The notes beneath the pieces are model-generated. The model ran no database searches. It was given only the letters and a program-made list of their open reading frames with translations, and had not been told where the DNA came from. Source: Octopus bimaculoides (lineage: Eukaryota). From it: a stretch of DNA of 61,114 bases. Shown here piece by piece: positions 50,954 to 61,114 of the stretch. A program made the translations under genes and the position numbers. The stretch is taken from the NCBI RefSeq assembly GCF_001194135.2, contig NC_068992.1, forward strand, positions 27,077,981-27,139,094, written 5' to 3'. Each line of letters begins with the position of its first letter. Position 1 is the stretch's first letter.

Positions 50954-51233
50954 ATACAAATAATGTCTTCTGATCCCTGTGTAGATTAATAAGTCACATT
51001 TCTATCCATTTGTGTTTGTTTGTTGCACTATATTTTTAATATGTTGTATTAACTTTTAACCTTCCTCATCGTTATATATATATACATAACTTGTTTTGAA
51101 AGCCATTTGGTTGTATGATATATTTTGTATAGTATGTATAGGACTGCACGGTCAATAAAGGAAGGATTATTGATGTTGTTGTCGTTGTTGTCGCTATCAT
51201 CATTATCATCGTCATCCTCATCATCACCACCAC

Positions 51234-51272
<39 letters not shown>

Positions 51273-52060
51273 AACGATCGTTAGCAGTATTAGAGTTCTT
51301 CATCAGCCTAACATGTTTTGACAGGCCATATCCATCTCATTACTTCTTTCTTTGCCAGTTAATATCAATTAGGAATTTCATCAATGAAATCCATCATTCT
51401 ATCAATTAATAATAATGCAAACATGGATAATTAATCGTTTTTAAATAATTTCCTTTCTACTAGAATCTGCATCAGCCTCATTTCTAAGATCCTATCAAAT
51501 TTTAATAACATTTCACATCAGAGTTAATCCATTGGGCTCTTTTTCCCATTGATACAAAAGAATCCAATATTCCATATGAATTATCGGAGGCACAAATGGA
51601 AAATGGCCTTTCACTCAATCAAAATTGAAAATTGAAAAAGCGGAAAAAGCGAATTGTAATCTTATCCAAACAGTAATATTATGAAATCTCTATTGATTGT
51701 GATTTCAAACTATGAAAATGGTGAAACTGTAAAATGGACGGGATCAATAAATGATTGCAATCGTTTATTATATTGATACTTTATTTGAACTTAGAAGGAA
51801 ATGGAGTGTTGGAAATTGTACACAGAGTCGTAGAAGTGCCTTGATGAATTTAATTAATTTTGTTTCTCTGAGTTGAAGATCTGTCTGAGTTGACTTTCCA
51901 TTTCTGTCTTCCAGGTCAGATAACTCATGTACCAGTAATGGACTGGGGTCGATGATTATTTGAATACACTCCTCTTTGAGAAATATGTGCCCTCGTATTT
52001 TAATTTAAAAGTTATACAATCTTGTATATTTTAGTCATATATATTTTTTAGCCACACACA

Positions 52061-52120
<60 letters not shown>

Positions 52121-52369
52121 NNNNNNNNNNNNNNNNNNNNNNNNNNNNNNNNNNNNNNNNNNNNNNNNNNNNNNNNNNNNNNNNNNNNNNNNNNNNNNNN
52201 NNNNNNNNNNNNNNNNNNNNNNNNNNNNNNNNNNNNNNNNNNNNNNNNNNNNNNNNNNNNNNNNNNNNNNNNNNNNNNNNNNNNNNNNNNNNNNNNNNNN
52301 NNNNNNNNNNNNNNNNNNNNNNNNNNNNNNNNNNNNNNNNNNNNNNNNNNNNNNNNNNNNNNNNNNNNN

Positions 52370-52403
<34 letters not shown>

Positions 52404-52416
52404 GTATATATATATA

Positions 52417-52900
52417 GGAGCATTCCGTCGGTTACGATGACGAAGGTCCCAGCTGATACAATCAACGGAATAGCTTGCTCGTGAAATTAACATCCAAGTG
52501 GCTGAGCACTCCACAGACACGTGAAATAAAGTGTCTTGCTCAGGGATACTTGTCGCCGGGAACTGAACTCACGACCTTACGATCGTGAGCCAAATGCCCT
52601 AACCACTAAGCCACGCACCTTTATATATATTTTTTCTTTTATTCTTTTATTTGTTTCAGTCATTTGACTGCGGCCATGCTGGAGCACCGCCTCAGTCAAA
52701 TGAATCGACCCCAGGACTTATTTTTTGTATTCTATCGGTCTCCATTGCCGAACCGGTGTGACGGGACGTAAACACACCAGCATTAGTTGTCAAGTGATGT
52801 TGGGGGGACAAACATAGACACAGACACACACATTTATATATATATACGACGGGCTCCTTTCAGTTTCCGTCTACCAAATCCACTCGCAAGGCTTTGGTCT
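52417..52900 (-). mobile_element. Adjacent SINE family B (52417-52621) and family C (52635-52900) copies
   Basis: Reverse-complement matches to the families described above. Confidence 0.8.
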
Positions 52901-52901
52901 C

Positions 52902-52999
<98 letters not shown>

Positions 53000-53096
53000 N
53001 NNNNNNNNNNNNNNNNNNNNNNNNNNNNNNNNNNNNNNNNNNNNNNNNNNNNNNNNNNNNNNNNNNNNNNNNNNNNNNATATATATATATATATAT

Positions 53097-53513
53097 ATAT
53101 ATATACTCGGCTACATGTCTCACTTTTTCTCCCTAAAATTTTTACCTAAATATTGGAGTGCGACTTATAAACGCATCCTATAAAACATCGTCACATATTT
53201 TCTAGGTACAAGCCATGTCTGAAGTTCCGACACTTGGAATAACTTAAAAGAATAAAATTTTACATTATAGTCAACGGTTCCTAAAATGCATAGACTTAAT
53301 GGGATAACAGTCGTTGTAAGCCATCTTCAGCTTACTGAAAGCTCGGTTGCCGAACAACAACTATGTCGACGAGATTCCTAATCAAACTTTGCTCTCCAAA
53401 CATCAAAGTCGCTGCGACTTATAGTCGAGTCAATGATAAAATTTCCGGTTTGAACCTTGTAAGTCGGCGGTGCATCTTACAGGCGAGGGCGTTTATAGTC
53501 GAATATATACGAT
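53097..53513. mobile_element. Possible non-autonomous pogo/Tc2-like DNA transposon (MITE)
   Basis: Right end tatagtcgaatatatacgata and left end tatatactcggcta resemble the recalled TACCGTATATACTCGA-type TIR; subterminal gcgacttata motif near both ends. The left TIR merges with (TA)n. Confidence 0.4.
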
Positions 53514-53542
53514 ATATACAAAGAGAAGGAGAGAGAGCGAAA

Positions 53543-53614
<72 letters not shown>

Positions 53615-53660
53615 TAGAGAGAGAGAGAGAGAGAGGGAGAGAGAGNNNNNNNNNNNNNNN

Positions 53661-53704
<44 letters not shown>

Positions 53705-53984
53705 GAGAGGGAGAGAGAGAGAGGGAGCTTCAATGTTTCCTTCCACCAAATTTTACTCTTCTGAAAATGTTTGTTTGTTGTATTGAAAAAAAAGGCGCGG
53801 CCAAGCTGCCGTCTAAAGAGTATCAACTACAAACCACGTGGTTGCAAAACTAGACAGCCATACCGGCATTCTGTTTATCGATTTCTCTGTCGTGTTCGTA
53901 AATTTGGATAGGTGAGATATTGTTCCTACAGTTATACAACATAAATTTGATATCATCGATGGTATCCGTAATATCCGCTATACT

Positions 53985-54125
53985 AACGGTCTCACCACTA
54001 CTCAGGATGCTAGGAGACTCACCACAATTTACCAGTAAGTTAAAAGGTTCTCCACAGTTACTCAGTATGTTAATGGACTCACCTCATCTAACCAGTATGT
54101 TAACAGACTCTTCACTATTACTACA
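53985..54125 (+). repeat. Degenerate 30-bp minisatellite (about 4.5 units)
   Basis: Units such as ggactcacctcatctaaccagtatgttaac; 10-aa periodicity DSPQFTSKLK/GSPQLLSMLM/DSPHLTSMLT in the ORF track. Confidence 0.7.
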
Positions 54126-54504
54126 GGAAATTTTTACACTGATATAACTTCTGATCTTTTACATTTCCTTATTATATATTCTTTCTCTCTTTCACTCAAT
54201 CTTTTTCCATCTTCCTTCTTATCTCCCCCTTTTATTTATCTTTTCTTTTTAACCGCCATTTTTCTGTTTTTTGACTTTTTTCTTAACATTTCAGGTTTAG
54301 CTCTTCTTATCTCTCTTCTAACTCTATTTCTTGCTCGCTTCTTCTCCTTATCTAACTTTATCTTTATAACCTTCTCTATTTATCTTTAAATTTATTTCTT
54401 ATATTTCTCTTTCCTTTTCCCTATTTTACTACAGTTCCTAATTTTCCCTTTCTCACTAACATCTTCCTTACAGTTTTACAGTTTTTCCTCTTTTTTTCCT
54501 CCGT

Positions 54505-54580
<76 letters not shown>

Positions 54581-54737
54581 ACTTTATTCTCTTATCTTTC
54601 ACTTTTGCTTTTCTTGTATTTGACCTTCTCTTTCCATTCTTCCCATCCATCCATTCACGCCACAGTTGTTATTTGTACTGACAATTTAAGTCCCTCACCT
54701 CTCTTTCCTACTTTCTTTATCTCTCTTTCCATATATC

Positions 54738-54769
<32 letters not shown>

Positions 54770-54792
54770 TATATATATTATATTAATATTAT

Positions 54793-54847
<55 letters not shown>

Positions 54848-55212
54848 NNNNNNNNNNNNNNNNNNNNNNNNNNNNNNNNNNNNNNNNNNNNNNNNNNNNN
54901 NNNNNNNNNNNNNNNNNNNNNNNNNNNNNNNNNNNNNNNNNNNNNNNNNNNNNNNNNNNNNNNNNNNNNNNNNNNNNNNNNNNNNNNNNNNNNNNNNNNN
55001 NNNNNNNNNNNNNNNNNNNNNNNNNNNNNNNNNNNNNNNNNNNNNNNNNNNNNNNNNNNNNNNNNNNNNNNNNNNNNNNNNNNNNNNNNNNNNNNNNNNN
55101 NNNNNNNNNNNNNNNNNNNNNNNNNNNNNNNNNNNNNNNNNNNNNNNNNNNNNNNNNNNNNNNNNNNNNNNNNNNNNNNNNNNNNNNNNNNNNNNNNNNN
55201 NNNNNNNNNNNN

Positions 55213-55283
<71 letters not shown>

Positions 55284-57132
55284 TAGCTCTTTACCATTAC
55301 TTTATTGTTTTACTGATCATTATTTTCCTTTCTTTCTCTGATTAATTCGTTTTTATATAAGATTAACAAATTGAGATTTTTTTTACATCCATTATAAATA
55401 TTTTCCCATCCTAAATACTCTGTTTACTTAAGTCTTTCTCACTGACTCAAACAAAGTCAGGATTATTTATTATTAAATAACTCCAGCTTTATACAGATTT
55501 ATGTCTATTGGGTTTTTTTTATAGAGACGTTCTACAAATTAGACAAACAAAACTTGTGTTTTATAGAAAGCTACGTAGTAAACAGATCTCTATTGTAAGC
55601 ACATCTTTCACTTAAAATTTCGCCACATTCTTACTTAAACCCGGTGATAGCGGGACAAGGATCTTCTTTACTATTTGAGACTGTTTTCTCCAAAGGAGAG
55701 TTAAGTAGTTGACACGACGCTGGTAACCTAGTTGTAAAACGTTATATAAATGCAATGAGTAGTGAGATAATATTTGATCACAATCAAATTACCAAACACC
55801 GAATAGTTTTACTAGCAGTGTTATTGCCTCTTCTCTAACTTTTCACGGGAGAGTTACAGTACCCATGACATTTGAAAGATGTTACAAATTTGTGAAACTG
55901 ATGGAACAAATTTTTCTCTATTTCAAACACTTCAACGGTCATAGAGCAAATAAATCTCATTCTTTTGGGGTATTGAAGGATAGTGTTGCAAACATATTTT
56001 GCAGTTTCTTGCATCTGAATCGTAATGAAAGGCTAACTGAAAGGATACGTCATGCTCCGTTGGAAGATCTTAATAGGATTAAGGTCACAATATGTCATCC
56101 AATAAGTTTATTTATTTTTTAAAGTGTACCGTTTCTTATAAATGGAAGTAACTCACCTGTTTGATTACCGCTATAAGAAGCAACGTAGTTCAACTGAACC
56201 ATTTGTCCTCAAGGCGAAACAAATTGTCGAAATACTTACTGTAGACTAGATTCTGTATAAGATCTCAAGAAGTGAATAGAGGCGTTTAACAGAACGACTA
56301 ATTAATACAGATAACCAGAAATACTATTTCACAGATACTTCAAAGTTTTCCATGTAAGTTATACATGATGAGATGAAAACGATCAGAGAAAACTAACAAA
56401 AACAATTCCCATTCATATTTTCAGAGACAGAAATAGTCTTCAACTAAACATATTCATTGGCTTCAACTGAGTATTCTGGTAAAATTAATAAGCAGCAATC
56501 CACTTCCCTAAATTGCTGAAAACTCTAAAGAACGCATATAAATCCTTCATTTCCAAAACTCCTACATTAACTCCAGCAAATTTTCGACACTATCATTTAA
56601 AAGTATCTTATATTCTATTTTAGATGCTCTTAAACAGTACAATAAATATAATTATGAAAGCATACATTAGACTATGTAAAAAATTTGCTTTCCTTTACAG
56701 AAATTCTAACCCGTTTAGCGTTTTAGCTAGTACTAAAGAACTAGAATTGAAAAAATATTATATCAGTAAATCTTTATTCGTTATAAAACAAAGTTGGTAA
56801 TTATAATCGACAAGATCTGCAATAATTATTCTTTATCTTTAATCGAGAATGGAATAAACACATTAATTCTATAAAAATAATTCAGTATAATGGTTAAATA
56901 TTCTTTCCTAAAGCTAACACTGTTCACTTTTATACAATTACACAGACACACAGACATACACACATACACATACGCACATATACACATACATACATACGCG
57001 CACATACATACATTCAAACATACATACATAATACATACATACATATACATATATAATGTACTGTTCCGTGATAGAAAATCCACACACATATATACATACA
57101 CACAGATATATATGTATATATAAATGTGTATG

Positions 57133-57230
<98 letters not shown>

Positions 57231-57649
57231 CGTGCGTGTGTGCGCATGTGTGTGCGTATGTGTGTGTGTGTGTGTGTGTACGCTCAAACATTGAAATCAG
57301 ATTTTTATTGTTATTTAATAGCTGATTGGTTGTTATATCAACCACTAAAAACAATCTATACAAAAGTATATTTGCTTATTTATCGAAGACAAATGTGATT
57401 GACTTTTCAATGATTATGTATGCTACCGCTACTGGTAAGTGACTCAATGAAACCCTTTAAACTTTTTATTGTTTCTAAACTAATTAATATGATATTTTCT
57501 AAACAGTGTTACATATTTACATAAGATGAAATGGTCTTTTTCTTTGTAGTATATCAGACTACTAACGCTTATTTTATTGAATAGGAGAGACAAGGTAAAG
57601 CCAAACAATGTGTATGTGTATGTGTATAAATGTATATATGTACATATAC

Positions 57650-57703
<54 letters not shown>

Positions 57704-57769
57704 ATATATACATACATACACACATACATACATTTACTTATACGTATCTTTCTGTGTTTCAATATCATT

Positions 57770-57960
57770 ATATTATATCCCGAGGGAAGCAGACAAGATG
57801 ATCACATCGAGTACTTGACCTGTTCTTTATCATATCAAACCCGGAGGAATAAAAGGCAAAGCTGGCCTTGGCGGGATTTGAACTCTGAGTGTAAGGAGTC
57901 GGAAGAAATGCCATTAAGCGTTTTGTCCGACGTGCTAAAGATTCTACTAGCTCGCTGCCT
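57770..57960 (-). mobile_element. SINE family A copy (diverged)
   Basis: gatttgaactctgagtgtaagg..gtgctaaagattctactagctcgctgcct. Confidence 0.75.
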
Positions 57961-58928
57961 TACGTTATTAATATGACGCTATTATGTGAGCTGTGTGTAT
58001 CAGCTTATCTTAATCCTCAGTACTTTCACTTACAGTTTTACAAACAACTTCCCAGGACAGGACATTCAGTTCAATCCATTTTGTAAGCGAACAATGATTC
58101 CCTTTCGAAACAAACGAAAATGTCTTCTTTTAAAGCACGTCTTGCCACCATCATATCATGATGGTGGTAACTCAGTATCCGTGAGTTACATTTATCCAAA
58201 TATAAGGGGAAATGAAATAAGCCTTCGAAGGAAACATCGACTAAGTTATAAATTAAAAGTACAACCTTTGCAAATTACCAGTAAGGGAGCCTACATATTT
58301 GATCTGCGAAGGATAGAAGACAAGTCTCTCGTCAGATTGATCGAGTAGTATTAGATGATAGAAGTATTAAGATGATCACGGATGGAAGGCCTTTGATCAT
58401 TTAACTACTCAATCATATCTGACCTGGAGCAAAACAATAAAACTGACATGTTATAAAGAAATACAAGAAACTAAAGGTAAGTTATCTCGATCCGTTCAAA
58501 CATCAAGCCTTCTCACGTCCGTCAGATTTCTGAAAAGAATCACCAATATGACTTTCATCATACTGAAATCCTATTGATGACATTAGAAGGTTAGAAAAAT
58601 CACTACATCACATCCTTTGTCTCCTGAAATCTGAAGGATTAAACTGCAGTGAAAAATAAACTAATCCTCAGATATGTTCAGGAGAAATTATAGATCTTTT
58701 TTATGTTATTCTGATTTGCTTCATGTTAGTTCAGATAAAGAAGGTAGGAACATAATTCCATGTACATAAAACACACGCACACACACATACTTTCTTTATA
58801 TGCGTGTGTTACATATAACAGACGTGTGTGTGTGTGTATGCCTGTGTGTATGTGTGTGCATCTCTGTATGTATGTATTCCCCAACATGGCCCCAATTTAA
58901 TAGCTGAAACAAGAGAATAAAAGAATGG

Positions 58929-59001
<73 letters not shown>

Positions 59002-59616
59002 CTTATCTTAACCTTTTTAATGCGACTCTATTCTATACTGCTTTCTCCCCTAACCTAACTAATTCCCTTTTTCTACCTTTCATCGCTTTCGATCTGTCTC
59101 TCTCTCTCCCTCTTTCTCTTATCTTTCTCTCTCTCTTTCGTTGCTCACACGTGACCATCGTCCATCTTTCTTTTCCTCACGTGATCATCTGTCTTTCTAG
59201 CACGGACATTCAAAGGACTGGACGTCTCCTATCTTTCTCTTCTTCTATCTTTTCTCTTTTCTCTTTTCAAAGAAAATATTTCTCTCAGTGTTCACTATTT
59301 TCCCCACGTTCCTGTCTAACGACCCTCCATGTTTGTTTTCGTTCGGTTTCCCTGTATGTCTCCACTGTCCTGTTTTTGTTCCTAACTTTTACCCTCCATA
59401 AACCCCAAATTTTATTTTGGTATTTATGGGAGCAACTGTCTTCGAAGACTCATTGTCGTTGATTACTCGAAATGGGGAGTAGATAGACAGCCAACAACAG
59501 ATGAAGGGTCATTCTTTGTATTAATTGTCCTTTTTTTCTCTCATTATTTGCGTATTTAACTCATTTGTTTTCGCATTTCATGTTGTTTATTGTTGGTGAC
59601 GTCCTGTACCCATATA

Positions 59617-59676
<60 letters not shown>

Positions 59677-60534
59677 TATATATATTATTTATATTATTAT
59701 TATATATTTATGTATGTATGTAAGTATGTATGTATGTATAAGTCATATTTACAGATGTTGACTGGGGTCCCATTATGCAGCCTACCACCTTTCCTCTCCA
59801 AGAGGATATTTTAACCCAATATTTACGTTATTATTTATAGCTTTGTCTACTTCAAGTTCAAAATTATTTCACGTTCTCTCGAAGTTTCCAAATTGTTATG
59901 TTGCACGCGCGCGCGTGTGTGTGAGTGTGTGTGTCTGCGTCTGTGTCTGTGTGTGTCTGTGTGTGTATCTGTGTGTCTCTGTGTGTGAGAGAGAAAGAGA
60001 GAGAGTGTGTGTGTGTGTGTGTGTGTGTGTCTACGTGTGTGTGTGTGTCTATGTGTGTGTGTGTGCGCGCGCGCTTGTGTGTGTGTGTGTGTGTGTGTGC
60101 ATGGGTAGGTACGAATATATGTGTGTATTGGGAAAAGTAAACAAAATGCTTACGCTACAGGTTATATTTCTACTGCTGCAGAAAAAATTGCAACAATTTG
60201 TGCGGTTCAATTGTTTTTTTCTTTTTAATGTTTACCTCACAAAAGCTGACCTCTTTTATCCAGGGAGACATTAGCAGCCTAAAGTGATTTATCATCTAAA
60301 TAGACTAAGACACAAATCAAGTGAGTACTATAATAAATTTTCGTAACAGTACAGGTGAAGACAATGTGTATTTACTAATTCCTTTATTACCATCTTAGAG
60401 CTACGAAGATGTACTTGCATAGCAAGTGACCTGATCTGATATCGTGTGCTGGAACGGAAACAATTGCAGCGTGGAAGGTGTTTATAGGCCACTTAAATAC
60501 ACACAAAAATCGTTAGATTTACTTTAAATTCAAT

Positions 60535-60583
60535 TTGTCAAAATATTTTCAGCGCTTTTAGACCGCGACCTGATCACTGACAA
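60535..60583 (-). ncRNA. Hammerhead-like motif with G3-C8 covariant core
   Basis: UUGUCA-GUGAUCA-g-GUCGC/ggucuaaaa/GCGCU-GAA-AAUAUU-U-UGACAA: perfect 6-bp stem I, palindromic AAUAUU stem III, core CUGANGA changed to GUGAUCA, stem II with one mismatch. Confidence 0.55.
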
Positions 60584-60821
60584 TATTCCATCTTACAGTG
60601 TTTTTGGATATATGAAATGTAAAGGATGTCTTCTTCCTTTTTTTAATAGAAAATATAGTTTTATACTCGCAATGGAAAGTGAGATGGTAGCACAGCAGGT
60701 TTCCTGTTCCTACAGGCAGGAAAAATGGAGTCAATTCCAGCAGTTTTACAGTGATGAGGCTTTACTCAGACACAGAAATCCTTATTTTCACTACCAGCCT
60801 CAAACATTATCTGGTATCTTT

Positions 60822-61010
60822 TGGCTTTTACTTGTTTCAGTTATTTGATTGTAGTCATGCTGGGATACCGCCTTGACGGGTTTAGTCGAGCAGTTCAAGA
60901 CCAGGACTTGCTTTTTTAAAGCCTATCGGGCTCTTTTGCCGAACCGCTGGATTAGGATACGTAAACACACCAACACCGGTGTTGGGACAAACGCAGACTC
61001 AATGACATAC
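60822..61010 (-). mobile_element. SINE family C tail
   Basis: cttttacttgtttcagttatttgattgtagtcatgctggga..ccaggactt..gccgaaccgct..acgtaaacacaccaac. Confidence 0.8.
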
Positions 61011-61047
61011 ACATGCGCGCGCACACATACACACCCACACACGCACA

Positions 61048-61102
<55 letters not shown>

Positions 61103-61114
61103 TTATATATATAT

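Noticed and set aside
55865-56200. 85-aa + ORF and a minus-strand donor CAG|GTGAGT near 56152
   Set aside because: No recognisable domain and no good acceptor; compatible with chance in AT-rich DNA.
58365-58480. Open frame ending at AAG|GTAAGT (58477)
   Set aside because: It overlaps a repeat-like tail also seen near 18670-18715 (tttgatca..tgacctgg.gc.aaa), so it is probably not an exon.
59415-59490. ctgtct-tcgaaga..gaaa..agacag stem with a core-like 7-mer
   Set aside because: No stem II or stem III pairing; cannot be called a ribozyme.

Overview
AT-rich, microsatellite-dense eukaryotic genomic DNA with many assembly gaps (N runs). The repeat families point to an octopus (coleoid cephalopod) scaffold; this is inferred from recalled repeat consensus, not from a database search. 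No complete protein-coding gene can be supported. A few short + strand segments with good splice signals (8500-8545, 26189-26268, weaker 898-968 and 1229-1273) may be exons of an unidentified host gene. The rest is transposon-derived: three abundant tRNA-headed SINE-like families (dozens of copies, often in same-orientation chains), fossil RTE-clade LINE pieces, a Tx1/L1-like LINE (gag knuckle plus APE), a Penelope-like GIY-YIG fragment, an R4/Dong-like 3' end inside (TAA)n, a mariner transposase fragment and a tRNA-Gly pseudogene. The most striking unannotated signal is a set of minimal type I hammerhead-ribozyme (HHR) motifs from several unrelated repeat families. One of these is a ~290-nt element built as tRNA-like Pol III head + (AAT)n + hammerhead tail, found as inverted duplications at ~28.6-29.1 kb and ~50.3-50.95 kb, with a diverged tail-only relative at ~41.6-42.0 kb. 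It is a candidate non-autonomous, Penelope-mobilised ribozyme SINE. A G3-C8 covariant hammerhead lies at 60535-60583 (-). All ribozyme and hairpin calls are by-eye structure matches and are untested.
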